From the IMG/VR virus record IMGVR_UViG_3300031841_004478: a stretch of 64,000 nucleotides of DNA; one strand, given 5' to 3'. Positions 36,692 through 46,513 of this stretch are shown piece after piece. The DNA is from an uncultured virus (IMG/VR IMGVR_UViG_3300031841_004478) (lineage: Duplodnaviria > Heunggongvirae > Uroviricota > Caudoviricetes). The notes beneath the pieces were generated by a model. That model had not been told where the DNA came from. It was given only the letters and a program-made list of their open reading frames with translations, and did not search any database. Numbering within the stretch: position 1 is the first letter of the stretch; each line of letters begins with the position of its first letter. The translations under genes and the position numbers were made by a program.

Positions 36692-38287
36692 TTATAGATT
36701 TGGGTCATATTCAACGGCCCATTCGTTATCATTTTGATCTAGTGAGTTAGCGTATTGAGATCCATCATCATGGAATCCAAAAGGAACAACATCGTCTTCT
36801 ATTTCTTTCATTCTATTTTCAAATAATAATTGCTTTAAATTAATATCTGTCATATCAGCAAAATAAGTACCTGTTACAAAATATCCAAATAAAACTAAGT
36901 TCATCATTAAGTCGTCGTGATTACCTTCGGATGCTTCGTACGATTGACCTTTAGCTTCAAATGTAGATATTTCAAGTATTGTATTTTCATCTACGATTTG
37001 AACTTTTTGATTTTCTAATAAATCTTTTATTGCTGAACAACCAAGTCTTTTTGTTTTACGATTTATCTCTATTCCAAGAGCATTAGCTTTTACAGAAGAT
37101 TCTACGTGCATATTTTCATATTCTAAATCATGATAAAGACCATTACAAACGACACCACCTTGGTCATTTGCTTCAATTACAACATATGCTTTGTTGTAGG
37201 AATTCGCATACTTATATATAATATTAGGGAAGAGTATTGGCGAGATAGTGTTATTGCGATACACAGCCACCTGTTTAAAAGGTCGAGCGCTAATATCGAG
37301 TAAATTAAAAGTAGAGTAGTCCTGTCCTCTTCCCTTCGAAACATCTACTGTCATTACATATTCGTGTTTCTTTATTGGTTCTTCATATATAAGTAGATTC
37401 CCACCTTCCATAACTTTCTTTGGATTTTTAGCTCTAAGACTCATTAGTGTTTCGGCGTTAATAAGCGTATCACCCGTTCCAAAAAACGTATTACCAAATT
37501 CCTGATCGAATTGGAGTTGAGATGTATTCGCAATCGTTTCTTGTTTCCATTTTTCGTCTCTTCCTGGGACGTCCCACCAATCCACTCTGAACGGAGAGAA
37601 TTGATTAACGCCTTGTGTCGCTCCTTCCCATATTTTATAGAATGTATTGCCAATGCCATTCGCAGTTGACGTAACGATGATTTTTGTGTCTTTTCCTGAA
37701 CTGACAACCGGGTAGGTGGACGTGTAGAATTCATTGGCTTTCTCCACAAATGCAAATTCATCTAAGTAGAGAAGGTTCACAGATAAACCCCGAATAGAGG
37801 ATCCAGAAGTTGCTGCAGCTAAAATTCTTGAGTTGTTACTAAATTCAACACTTCCTTTATTCAATGCTTTAGTTCCAGGTTGTAAAAAGAATGGAATATT
37901 TTCAAGCATTAATGTAACTCTTGCTAACATTTCTCGAGCAGTTGCTCCTTTGTTAGCAAGAATCGCAACAGTTTTTTCTGAATTAAAAAGTGCAAACCAT
38001 AAAAGATAAGCACAAGCTGATATAGATTTTCCTGACTGTCTACATGCTAAAACAATGTTGAATCTATTTTTACTAAAAGAATCAAACATTTTCTTTTGAT
38101 ATGGGTATAAATCAAAAGGAACTAATCCTTTATCAAGAGAAATAACTTTACAATATCGCTGGGCAAAATACACAGGGTCTTTCATACACCTTGAATACTC
38201 TTTTACCTCTTCTGCGGTCCATGATTGAACAACGCCATCGCGTTTTACGTTGTTATTACCTAGGTAACTCTGTATTTGGTTCAGCAT
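36692..38287 (-). CDS. gp17: terminase large subunit
   Basis: RQSGKS, LYLDEFAF, STANG, D.S.G.G.DYS, HDDL. Confidence 0.98.
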   Translation of the reverse strand: MLNQIQSYLGNNNVKRDGVVQSWTAEEVKEYSRCMKDPVYFAQRYCKVISLDKGLVPFDLYPYQKKMFDSFSKNRFNIVLACRQSGKSISACAYLLWFALFNSEKTVAILANKGATAREMLARVTLMLENIPFFLQPGTKALNKGSVEFSNNSRILAAATSGSSIRGLSVNLLYLDEFAFVEKANEFYTSTYPVVSSGKDTKIIVTSTANGIGNTFYKIWEGATQGVNQFSPFRVDWWDVPGRDEKWKQETIANTSQLQFDQEFGNTFFGTGDTLINAETLMSLRAKNPKKVMEGGNLLIYEEPIKKHEYVMTVDVSKGRGQDYSTFNLLDISARPFKQVAVYRNNTISPILFPNIIYKYANSYNKAYVVIEANDQGGVVCNGLYHDLEYENMHVESSVKANALGIEINRKTKRLGCSAIKDLLENQKVQIVDENTILEISTFEAKGQSYEASEGNHDDLMMNLVLFGYFVTGTYFADMTDINLKQLLFENRMKEIEDDVVPFGFHDDGSQYANSLDQNDNEWAVEYDPNL

Positions 38288-38603
38288 CAATTATTTTCTC
38301 TTCATCTTGTAATAACCTCTGTAAATCAGCAGTAGATCCAAGGAAAACATTATTATTTGTTATCTGTTTTACTTCCTCTTTATCTTCTTTACTAATATCT
38401 TTATTTTTTATATTTAAATCCATTAACTTATCGTTAACGTCTGCAAGGTTTTTTACCATATTAGATAAAACTTCAAATGCTCGAGGATGCTCTGATTCGC
38501 GAGCAACTTCAATCATGAGATCAAGAGATTGTTTTCCTTTTTCTAAAAGTTCATAATAAGTGTCTCTTGAATAATCATAATCATTTCTAACTTTTTCATT
38601 CAT
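38256..38603 (-). CDS. gp16: terminase small subunit
   Basis: DY.YSR, ESEHPRAFEV, NNVFLGST.DLQ. Confidence 0.92.
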   Translation of the reverse strand: MNEKVRNDYDYSRDTYYELLEKGKQSLDLMIEVARESEHPRAFEVLSNMVKNLADVNDKLMDLNIKNKDISKEDKEEVKQITNNNVFLGSTADLQRLLQDEEKIIDAEPNTELPR

Positions 38604-39012
38604 CTAATTTTACCAACTCTCTATTTTTGAGATGTTCGGCCTCCACCATATGTTTTGCTTGACCATAATAATACACAGCATGATGTTTCTCAATGAGGTA
38701 ATCGTTTAAAGATTGATCTGCAAAACTACTTGTTCTCCAAATTTCTCCAAGTATTCGACCGAATTTACCTTTAGCATCATACTCTTTTGTTTTAAGGATT
38801 AACCATTCGTCATCAGTAAATCTTTCAACATAATGTTTTGCAGCTAATCCATACTTTTTTTCTACTTTATCACTTGTTCTTGATTCAGGAGTATCAATTC
38901 CAGACAATCTTACTCTTTCATCTTTTAGCCATACACCAAAACCTAAATCAATATCAACGTCGATTGTATCACCATCGACTACTTTTCTTAGCTTACATCT
39001 ATATTCATACAT
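38596..39012 (-). CDS. thermonuclease (SNase) family nuclease
   Basis: VVDGDT.DV.IDLGF, RVRL.GIDTPESRT, KGKFGRILG. Confidence 0.9.
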   Translation of the reverse strand: MYEYRCKLRKVVDGDTIDVDIDLGFGVWLKDERVRLSGIDTPESRTSDKVEKKYGLAAKHYVERFTDDEWLILKTKEYDAKGKFGRILGEIWRTSSFADQSLNDYLIEKHHAVYYYGQAKHMVEAEHLKNRELVKLDE

Positions 39013-39800
39013 TATGGAGCACTATCCAAATAAGTTGTTGTAAATCCAAAATCACTATCTGCTAATCCAATTGCTGAGAGAGGATCTGGGTTAATTCTTA
39101 AAGTTTCTATATATTGATCACTATCTTGTAAACCTGTTTCCATATTAAAGAGTTGAGCATCTGCTTGACGTATAACACTTTTAGTTGCAATAGGTCCATA
39201 GAAATTTACTTTCATTTCAAAATCTAAAGTATATATGATTGTACGACGAGCTTCTTGTGGTCCTTCAAAATCATCAGTAAATGATACACCTTGAATGATA
39301 ATTGGAACATCTTCTTTAAATGTGGGATATTCTGTTTTAAAAGGAAATATCGAAAGAGTATATTGTGGATTAAATGTAGGAAGAATTTGTTCTACAATTT
39401 GTAAAGCGTCATCTTGTGTCTTAGAATAGATATTTAGTTGAAAATTAATACTATATGGGACTGGATTATTAAATTTTTGTCTATTTAAACTAGAAGATCC
39501 TGTTGTATTAAAATTACCAACTTTTGCAAGTTGTCTTGTATTATCATATGCAAATGAAATAATTTCGAAAGACATGCGAGGTAATTTAATTGCTATTGTA
39601 TTAGCTTTTTGTAAATCAGGTACTTCACGAATTCTTTCTAAATATTTATTTTTAGGTGCATAAGATAATGGTACTTTTATTTGGCTTGTGGATCCACCAT
39701 CAGTTTGATTTCTACGCACAACGTAAAGATTATTAAACAATGTTCCAAACACTGCAACCGATTTACGTATTCTTTCATGATAGAAATGAGAACCAAACAT
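39012..39800 (-). CDS. gp15: tail sheath stabiliser/terminator
   Basis: FYH..IRK.V..FGTLFN, VPLSYAPK, LPRMSFE, QIVEQILP.F.P. Confidence 0.95.
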   Translation of the reverse strand: MFGSHFYHERIRKSVAVFGTLFNNLYVVRRNQTDGGSTSQIKVPLSYAPKNKYLERIREVPDLQKANTIAIKLPRMSFEIISFAYDNTRQLAKVGNFNTTGSSSLNRQKFNNPVPYSINFQLNIYSKTQDDALQIVEQILPTFNPQYTLSIFPFKTEYPTFKEDVPIIIQGVSFTDDFEGPQEARRTIIYTLDFEMKVNFYGPIATKSVIRQADAQLFNMETGLQDSDQYIETLRINPDPLSAIGLADSDFGFTTTYLDSAP

Positions 39801-40093
39801 TATTTCATTAACCTTTTCATTGCTGCTAGTGCCTTTTTACCGTCAGGGTGGTTTGGATTAATACTTACTGGTTCGCCATTCACAAGTTCAGATACATTAA
39901 CCGATTTACGTAAAGCTGCAATTGCTTTGTGTAAAGGATCTCTTGAATCATATCTTGTTTCAAATCCCGGCTTACCACGAACCTCGACCCATTTAGAATC
40001 ACCTTTGTTCCACATTTTAAGCACATCTTGTGACTTACCACGGATAAGCTTTAACTTAATACCTTCCGAAATATATGTTTTAAAACCAATCAC
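39800..40093 (-). CDS. small basic protein, possible internal head protein
   Basis: N-terminal FKTYISE resembles T4 capsid-targeting/gp21 cleavage leader; GTG start. Confidence 0.55.
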   Translation of the reverse strand: MIGFKTYISEGIKLKLIRGKSQDVLKMWNKGDSKWVEVRGKPGFETRYDSRDPLHKAIAALRKSVNVSELVNGEPVSINPNHPDGKKALAAMKRLMK

Positions 40094-40095
40094 AG

Positions 40096-40359
40096 TTAAC
40101 CTTTATAAATTTTCTGTAGATGCGTTTCGAATTGTTCCACTTTCGTTAATCTATCAGGCCAAAGAATATACTCTTTCTCTGGATTCTTTTTTAGATTGTT
40201 CAAAAGAGGAACAATAGCATTATATAATCTATCTAATTTATCTTGATAGCCAGCAGAAGCAAGTTTAGCATCTTCAGCTACTTGTTGTGTTTTTTGTACA
40301 GCTTGTAATTCTTCTTCATCAACAGCTGTAAATCCAAAATCAAAAATATCATCCGTCAT
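40096..40359 (-). CDS. conserved hypothetical protein
   Basis: DFGFTAVDE, PLL.NL.KNPEKEYI.WP.R; ATG 40359 behind GGAG. Confidence 0.75.
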   Translation of the reverse strand: MTDDIFDFGFTAVDEEELQAVQKTQQVAEDAKLASAGYQDKLDRLYNAIVPLLNNLKKNPEKEYILWPDRLTKVEQFETHLQKIYKG

Positions 40360-41233
40360 TAGGATCTCCAAATGGGTTGTCTTCACTAAAATCTAAGAAA
40401 TCACCAGCAAAGTCTTCGAAGTTATTATTTTGTTCATTAGCAGATTGTTTTATATCTTCAGTTACACTATTTACAGTATGAGTTGTATTTGGTTCAACGA
40501 GACGTGTTATAGTTCCAGGTACCCATTCATGGAAATTGCCATCATCGGCACCCGTATGAACAATATGAAGTTGTAATGTACTTGATTGCCATAGAGATAC
40601 TTCACCTCGTATTGTAGTCGTAGCAAGTTGTTGTTCTATATTATCGCCTACAACAAATGTAGCTGATGCTTCTGACGCTGCTAAAGTTAAAATATATGTA
40701 AACGCAACAATTTTTTCACCTTCATCAATTTCTGTAAGACCCGTATCATAATCTTCATCACTATATTCTGCAAGCTGAACTCTTAATTTAAATACTGGTA
40801 AATTACTTAATTGATAAAAAGGTTGTTCATGTTCAACATGTGTAATTTGAAATAACTTATGACTTAAAGGTAAATAAATCATATCACCTTCAAGCGGTCT
40901 TACTGAAGATACAGTTTCATCTAAACGTTGCACCTGTTGTATCCATCTTCGCCGTGATACAATTAACGTAGCTTCGTCTCTTATTTCAACGCCAAATCGT
41001 GTAAAAAGATCACCTTCTCCATCAAATCCTTCAGTGTTCTCAATATACATTTCAATTTTATGTGCAGAACCAAAACGAGCTGGTACTTCATCACCAAGTA
41101 TTTTATCTTCTCCAATTAAAGTCCGAGGCAAATAGTAGACATCTTGACCATACATTTTTAATGACTCTATGATAATATCTTCATAGAGATTTTGTTCTGA
41201 TCTTACTGTATCGGAGAAATAAAAATTGCGCAT
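40349..41233 (-). CDS. gp14: neck protein
   Basis: EQ.L.ED...ES...YG..VYYLPR, RP.EGD.IY.P, VEHE.PFYQL, DFSE.NPFG. Confidence 0.95.
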   Translation of the reverse strand: MRNFYFSDTVRSEQNLYEDIIIESLKMYGQDVYYLPRTLIGEDKILGDEVPARFGSAHKIEMYIENTEGFDGEGDLFTRFGVEIRDEATLIVSRRRWIQQVQRLDETVSSVRPLEGDMIYLPLSHKLFQITHVEHEQPFYQLSNLPVFKLRVQLAEYSDEDYDTGLTEIDEGEKIVAFTYILTLAASEASATFVVGDNIEQQLATTTIRGEVSLWQSSTLQLHIVHTGADDGNFHEWVPGTITRLVEPNTTHTVNSVTEDIKQSANEQNNNFEDFAGDFLDFSEDNPFGDPNDG

Positions 41234-41234
41234 A

Positions 41235-41990
41235 TTAACCTACAAAGAAATCAGCTGGCATTTCATGCTCTAACCTAATTCTTTCCCTTAATGATTCTAT
41301 TTCTTGTCTAGCATCATCAAATAATTGTCTACCATTAATAGTCACTCCACCTGGTAATTGCATACCTTCAAATTTAATAAGATTCATACCCCATTGTTCT
41401 TTAATTAAAGCAGTAGTATAATCTTTAAGCCACATATCATTATATACGGAAGTATATGTATTTGGATCTACAATTTGATATGATTCTGCAATAAGATAAT
41501 CATCCTCTTTAATATCATTATCTTGAAAATCTCCATGAATATAAAGTCGCCCTTGTCTACGCGAAAAAGTTGTCTGAGGTGTACCATTCAATGTCATATC
41601 TAAAACAGAAAGATATTGCTGTAATTGTTCATAATAAGCAAGATCACCCGCAAAGTTTTGCATATCAGCAATATCATTTAACATCATCTGATATTTAATA
41701 TCAAAGAAATTATGCGAATAGCTAAATGAACTTGCTAATGGAAATAATCGTGATACAAATATAATGTCTGATGAAATTGGAATATACTCATTCACAATGT
41801 CAGCAGCAGTTACTTGATGTTTAAAATATGTTTTTACAGTTGCGTCAGAATGAAACTCTTGATAATATTGTAAAGCTTCGTCTACGCGATCTTCTACCTG
41901 ATCATCATCGACGTTGATCTCAAGCACAGGATCACCTAACCGTCTTTTACAATATTCTATGAGTTCTTCTCTTGTAGATGGTGTAGCCAT
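41235..41990 (-). CDS. gp13: neck protein
   Basis: YC.RRLG.PVLEINV, WLKDY.TALIK.QWG.NLIKF.G.QLPGG.T.NG. Confidence 0.96.
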   Translation of the reverse strand: MATPSTREELIEYCKRRLGDPVLEINVDDDQVEDRVDEALQYYQEFHSDATVKTYFKHQVTAADIVNEYIPISSDIIFVSRLFPLASSFSYSHNFFDIKYQMMLNDIADMQNFAGDLAYYEQLQQYLSVLDMTLNGTPQTTFSRRQGRLYIHGDFQDNDIKEDDYLIAESYQIVDPNTYTSVYNDMWLKDYTTALIKEQWGMNLIKFEGMQLPGGVTINGRQLFDDARQEIESLRERIRLEHEMPADFFVG

Positions 41991-42017
41991 AGAGATCTCC
42001 GTTTAAATTATCTATGA

Positions 42018-45000
42018 CTATTTATATAAATTTTTTCTTATAAAATGATAATCCGCATCTGGTCCATAATCAACTATTTGTTCTACAAATCTAAATCCAA
42101 TTTCATCGAGATAATTAAAAGTTTCTTCTTTGAGAGGAGCTCCTTCATTGTATTCTTTCGATTGAGCTTCAATAATAAGATGTGTTACGCTTTTTAAAGT
42201 TTTATGTGCACCCTTTAAAATTTCTTTTTCTGCTCCTTGTACATCGATTTTAATCATATCCGGAAAAGGAAAATCATTTAATTCTACTAATTCATCTAAA
42301 CTAATAGTTCCCATCTCTCTATGATCATTATATAGTTCTTTATTATTTTTTTCAATATACATACTTCCTCCAGCAGGATGACTAACATTTGTATAAAAAG
42401 TTTTTATATTTTTGTCATCACTTAGCAAAGCAATTGCATATTCAGTTCCATGATATTCATATACATCTTTATATTCTTCAAGAGCATCAAAGGCAATAAA
42501 TCGACAACCAGGCCAAATTGGTCGCGCAACACTAGTCCAATGTAAACAACTTGCTCCGATATCATAAATTATTCGAGGTTCAAAATTCCATCTATTTTTT
42601 AAATCATTTAAATAAATTTTATGATATGGAGGCAATAAGTCTTGTTTTGACATTTCAATCAAATCATAATTAATTTCTCTTGCGTCAGGACTTTCTTCAT
42701 CAGCTTTATAATTGATTTGAGGTTTAAACTCATAATTTCCTTTATGTCCACAAATTAATGTAGTATCAACCCATACTTCAAATCCATGTTCTTTTGCTCT
42801 ATCACAAAAATAAACATCTTCAGAGTAAGTAAACTTATGATCTAATGCAGATTTATATTTAAAATGTGGATAAGGTATTTCATTAAATACCTTACCTTTA
42901 ATCAGAACACAACCGAATCCACAACCCTTTACTTGCATTAATCCATGTTTTAATTGATCACTCGGTATATTTCCATTTTCGTCATACAATTCTAAGATTT
43001 GTTCATCGTGTTTTCTTTGCATATAAACAGCAGAAATAATATCTTTGTCAGCTTCATATAATTTAATAAGAGCATCTTGCGGTAAAATCATATCACTATC
43101 TACGCAAAAGACGTAATCATAATTTTTTCCCCACTCTGCAATTAGATTACGTATTTGATCAATTTGATAGCCATAGAAAAATTCAAAATGAGTCATAATC
43201 CTACTTGGTAGATCTAAATTATAAATCGATTTAAATGTTTCTGGTTCAATACCTTTATTAGTAGGAACTGCAATTAAAATCTTTTTCATTTCTTTTTCTT
43301 CTCTATTTTGATATGATGTATAAGCATTTTCATTTTGATCCACTGGATTTACTTTAAAATCATTAAGCGGATTTACATCATTATAAAAACACATTATTTC
43401 TTTTACAGCTTTTATTTTTTCAGGAGATACTTTTTCTATTAATTCATAAAATAATGGATTATCTGCTCCGCTTTTCATATATCCATGACCAGACTCTCCA
43501 GGTTTTTGAAAGACTATATTCTTTAATTCTTTATAATGTTTTCCTAAAACCGTTCTCAGATGTGTATAAGGAATTTTCCAATTAAATAAATGCCTTCGAT
43601 ATGATTTTTCTTCTTTTACTTTTTGTGGATAATCTTGAGCAATTAATGGAATATTATCAACCATACTCCACATTGATCCATATGTAAATTCGATTCCTTC
43701 ATGATATAATTGATTATAATATTTAAAAATAGTAGGATTATGTACTAAAAAATCATCTCCATCTAAAAGCATGACAATATCATCATCTTTAATTTGATCT
43801 TTTACTGAAAGCTGATTAAATACACATCCTTCTCTTTCATTATTTCGAGTAATTTTTCTTTTTATATTTTCAGGAGTACCAACTATATTTGTAGAATTAT
43901 CATCAATGAGAAGATGCACATAATTATCATAATCTTGTTGATCAATAGATAAACAATGATCGTAGATATAATCATCAGCATTTCTAAATGGTGAGACTAC
44001 TACAATTCTTTTTTCAGAATAAGTTGTTCTATATTCTGTTCTTTCAACACCATTTTCAAATCTTCTTCCATAGATTCTTTTCACTTTATCATTTATAACT
44101 GAAACTTTTCTATAATCATCTACTGGTAAATATTTTTTTAATTTTCTATAGAGATGTTGTTTCCATTGTAAAGCGACTGTATCCCATCCATATATGTCAT
44201 CAATTACATCACAATAATTTTGTTTTTGTTGTAACAAATAATCATTGTGATATGCTTGTATTGTCATATCAATAAATGATTTAGCTTGTTCTTGTCTATT
44301 AATTTTTGGAAACAAGCCATTTGGGCAATTAGCATAATTTTGTTTATAGCATGCCAGATCGAGTGCTGTTTCTTCGAGAGCACCAAATCGAGAAGTAATA
44401 AGAGGAGTTTTATATAATAAAGATTCTAATGCTGAAATGCCAAATGTTTCTGGAAATTCAGTTGGATACAACATAAATCCAGCATTAGCTAATATTTTTG
44501 CTATTTCTTTTTGAGGTATAACTCCAGTAAAAGTTACATCTAATTCTTTTGGGTATGTTTCTACATATCTACGATGATCTTTTTCTTGTGCATCAGGCTC
44601 AGCGCCTTCTCTAAATCTATAGAATCCACCAATAACAGTAAGATGTGCATTAGGTATTTGACGTTTTACTTCTGGCCAAATATCTTGTAATAAAGGATTT
44701 AATCCTTTTGTTACTGAAGCATTATAAACAAAATGGTTTTTATCTTTTTTACTTAAATCAATTTCATCAATATATTTTACTGCACCATTTCGTGTTTGAA
44801 ACACTTTATGTTTCATAACTTCAAAATTTCTTTTTCCACCATGATCACAATTTAAAACATATGTACTATGAAAATCTGATAAAGTAAATAACTCATCAAT
44901 TATACCTTGATTGAGCATATTTTCAATATGTTCATCACCTTCACAAAAAGTATCATGCATCCAAATAATTTTGTATTTAGATTTTTTTATTAAAGGTTGA

Positions 45001-45353
45001 TATTGATTATTAGGAAAAAAAGGATGTACAGATCGAGAAGAAATTACAATATCAAAACAATTACACTCTTCGCCACAATCTTCATCTTCATACTGAGAAT
45101 GATCAATATATTCAGGAATCGAAGAGGTATCAATTCCATGTGTTTCATATTTAAGACCATTTAAATAAAATCCAGGTTCAGCTTCAGAATCTATACAATT
45201 ATTGAATACTGTAACATCAAATCCTACACCAGATAGTTGTTCAGCCATTAATATCACAGCAGATTCAGATCCGCCTAAACCGCGTTTTTTTAATGTAGAT
45301 CCATCATAAGTTAAACCTAAAAGGTCTATAATAGCAATTTTCAATTTTGTCAT
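42018..45353 (-). CDS. multidomain glycosyltransferase: GT-B (GT4-like) + two GT-A (GT2-like) + FkbM-type methyltransferase
   Basis: GGSE..., ETFGISALES (ExFGxxxxE); PFRNA...IDDNS...LDGDD; AVPT...VDSD...GFGC...SED..FC; DIGAS...IKIDVQGAE. Confidence 0.88.
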   Translation of the reverse strand: MTKLKIAIIDLLGLTYDGSTLKKRGLGGSESAVILMAEQLSGVGFDVTVFNNCIDSEAEPGFYLNGLKYETHGIDTSSIPEYIDHSQYEDEDCGEECNCFDIVISSRSVHPFFPNNQYQPLIKKSKYKIIWMHDTFCEGDEHIENMLNQGIIDELFTLSDFHSTYVLNCDHGGKRNFEVMKHKVFQTRNGAVKYIDEIDLSKKDKNHFVYNASVTKGLNPLLQDIWPEVKRQIPNAHLTVIGGFYRFREGAEPDAQEKDHRRYVETYPKELDVTFTGVIPQKEIAKILANAGFMLYPTEFPETFGISALESLLYKTPLITSRFGALEETALDLACYKQNYANCPNGLFPKINRQEQAKSFIDMTIQAYHNDYLLQQKQNYCDVIDDIYGWDTVALQWKQHLYRKLKKYLPVDDYRKVSVINDKVKRIYGRRFENGVERTEYRTTYSEKRIVVVSPFRNADDYIYDHCLSIDQQDYDNYVHLLIDDNSTNIVGTPENIKRKITRNNEREGCVFNQLSVKDQIKDDDIVMLLDGDDFLVHNPTIFKYYNQLYHEGIEFTYGSMWSMVDNIPLIAQDYPQKVKEEKSYRRHLFNWKIPYTHLRTVLGKHYKELKNIVFQKPGESGHGYMKSGADNPLFYELIEKVSPEKIKAVKEIMCFYNDVNPLNDFKVNPVDQNENAYTSYQNREEKEMKKILIAVPTNKGIEPETFKSIYNLDLPSRIMTHFEFFYGYQIDQIRNLIAEWGKNYDYVFCVDSDMILPQDALIKLYEADKDIISAVYMQRKHDEQILELYDENGNIPSDQLKHGLMQVKGCGFGCVLIKGKVFNEIPYPHFKYKSALDHKFTYSEDVYFCDRAKEHGFEVWVDTTLICGHKGNYEFKPQINYKADEESPDAREINYDLIEMSKQDLLPPYHKIYLNDLKNRWNFEPRIIYDIGASCLHWTSVARPIWPGCRFIAFDALEEYKDVYEYHGTEYAIALLSDDKNIKTFYTNVSHPAGGSMYIEKNNKELYNDHREMGTISLDELVELNDFPFPDMIKIDVQGAEKEILKGAHKTLKSVTHLIIEAQSKEYNEGAPLKEETFNYLDEIGFRFVEQIVDYGPDADYHFIRKNLYK
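42019..42026 (-). promoter_or_regulatory. T4 late promoter TATAAATA
   Basis: Exact consensus overlapping GT stop, upstream of gp13. Confidence 0.75.
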
Positions 45354-45371
45354 AACAAATCTATATATAAA

Positions 45372-45527
45372 TTATTTGGGGGCTTCAGGTCTTATATTGC
45401 ATTCGTTTTCGACGCATTCATCACACATACATTCATGATTACTTCTACATACTGGGCATATATCAGTATCACCATGACATGGATGATTGCATTCTCTACA
45501 AATATGTGTATCTTCTTCGTGTGCCAC
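45372..45527 (-). CDS. 51-aa Cys/His-rich metallothionein-like peptide
   Basis: Read manually: GTG start behind AGGAG; MAHEEDTHICRECNHPCHGDTDICPVCRSNHECMCDECVENECNIRPEAPK (9 Cys, 5 His). Confidence 0.7.
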   Translation of the reverse strand: MAHEEDTHICRECNHPCHGDTDICPVCRSNHECMCDECVENECNIRPEAPK

Positions 45528-45536
45528 TATTTTCTC

Positions 45537-46493
45537 CTATACATCTTGGGTATTTGTTGAAGGAAAGGCTCTACCACCTCCCCATATAATTCTTACTGCA
45601 CCGCCTTGACCAATAGAAGTACCACCATTTCCAAATCTTCCATAACTACCTCCACCATATGTACCACCAGTTACAGTATATGAACCAGATCCACCATTTG
45701 TTCCACCAGAGCCTCCGCCTCCGCCTCCGCCCCAATCTCCATTTGTACTCGCACCAGCAGCACCACTTGCACCTTCGCCGTAAATACCAACTCCACCACC
45801 TCCACCTGCTGTAAGGTTGCCATAGCCACCGCCACCGCCACCTCCACCAGATCCTGCTGTAGCTGGAGGAGTAGTATAAGAAGCTCCTTGACCACCATCG
45901 CCTGAATAGCCTCCAGCTCCACCTCCTCCTGATTCTAAACCACTAGCTCCAGTACCTCCTGCACCACCGTTACCTCCACCATCACCAACGTAATTACCAC
46001 CAGTATTTGATACACTAGTTCCACCACCACCTTTAACAGTAGCTGCGCTTATAAAATAACTATCACCTGCAGTTGTTCCAGCACTACCCCAACCAGATTG
46101 AGTTGTTCCAGCTCCAACGACTACAGTATATGACGATCCTGGTGACACAGGAATATTATTTTTCCAACCAAGGCCACCTCCGCCTCCTCCACGAAATCCT
46201 GATCCTGCACCAGCTGCACCTCCGCCTACGCATACAACACAAACTGAAGTTACACCAGCTGGAGCTGTCCAACTATATGTTCCAGGAGTTGTATATTCAG
46301 CTTGGCCTGCAATAGTGGTTCCATATTTTCCATCATCAGCACCTTCATACTCAGCAATATGATCTATATAATGAATACCTTGTGCGTTACGCCTGGACAT
46401 CTGGTCATATCGAGTAAAAGAAGTCCCAAGTCCTCCATGATCTAGTGATTTACCAGTTCCTAAATATCTTCCCCATTTTGAGTTTTTACTCAT
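45537..46493 (-). CDS. glycine-rich virion/tail protein
   Basis: YTTPGTYSWTAPAGVTSVCVVCVGGG...GAVRIIWG frame around poly-Gly segments. Confidence 0.8.
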   Translation of the reverse strand: MSKNSKWGRYLGTGKSLDHGGLGTSFTRYDQMSRRNAQGIHYIDHIAEYEGADDGKYGTTIAGQAEYTTPGTYSWTAPAGVTSVCVVCVGGGAAGAGSGFRGGGGGGLGWKNNIPVSPGSSYTVVVGAGTTQSGWGSAGTTAGDSYFISAATVKGGGGTSVSNTGGNYVGDGGGNGGAGGTGASGLESGGGGAGGYSGDGGQGASYTTPPATAGSGGGGGGGGYGNLTAGGGGGVGIYGEGASGAAGASTNGDWGGGGGGGSGGTNGGSGSYTVTGGTYGGGSYGRFGNGGTSIGQGGAVRIIWGGGRAFPSTNTQDV

Positions 46494-46513
46494 ATATTAT
46501 TTTCTCCTAATAA

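Noticed and set aside
14535..38290. Introns, inteins or homing endonucleases in gp43, gp46, uvsW, gp20, gp17
   Set aside because: Proteins are of normal length and uninterrupted; no splice-junction, LAGLIDADG, GIY-YIG or HNH motifs seen
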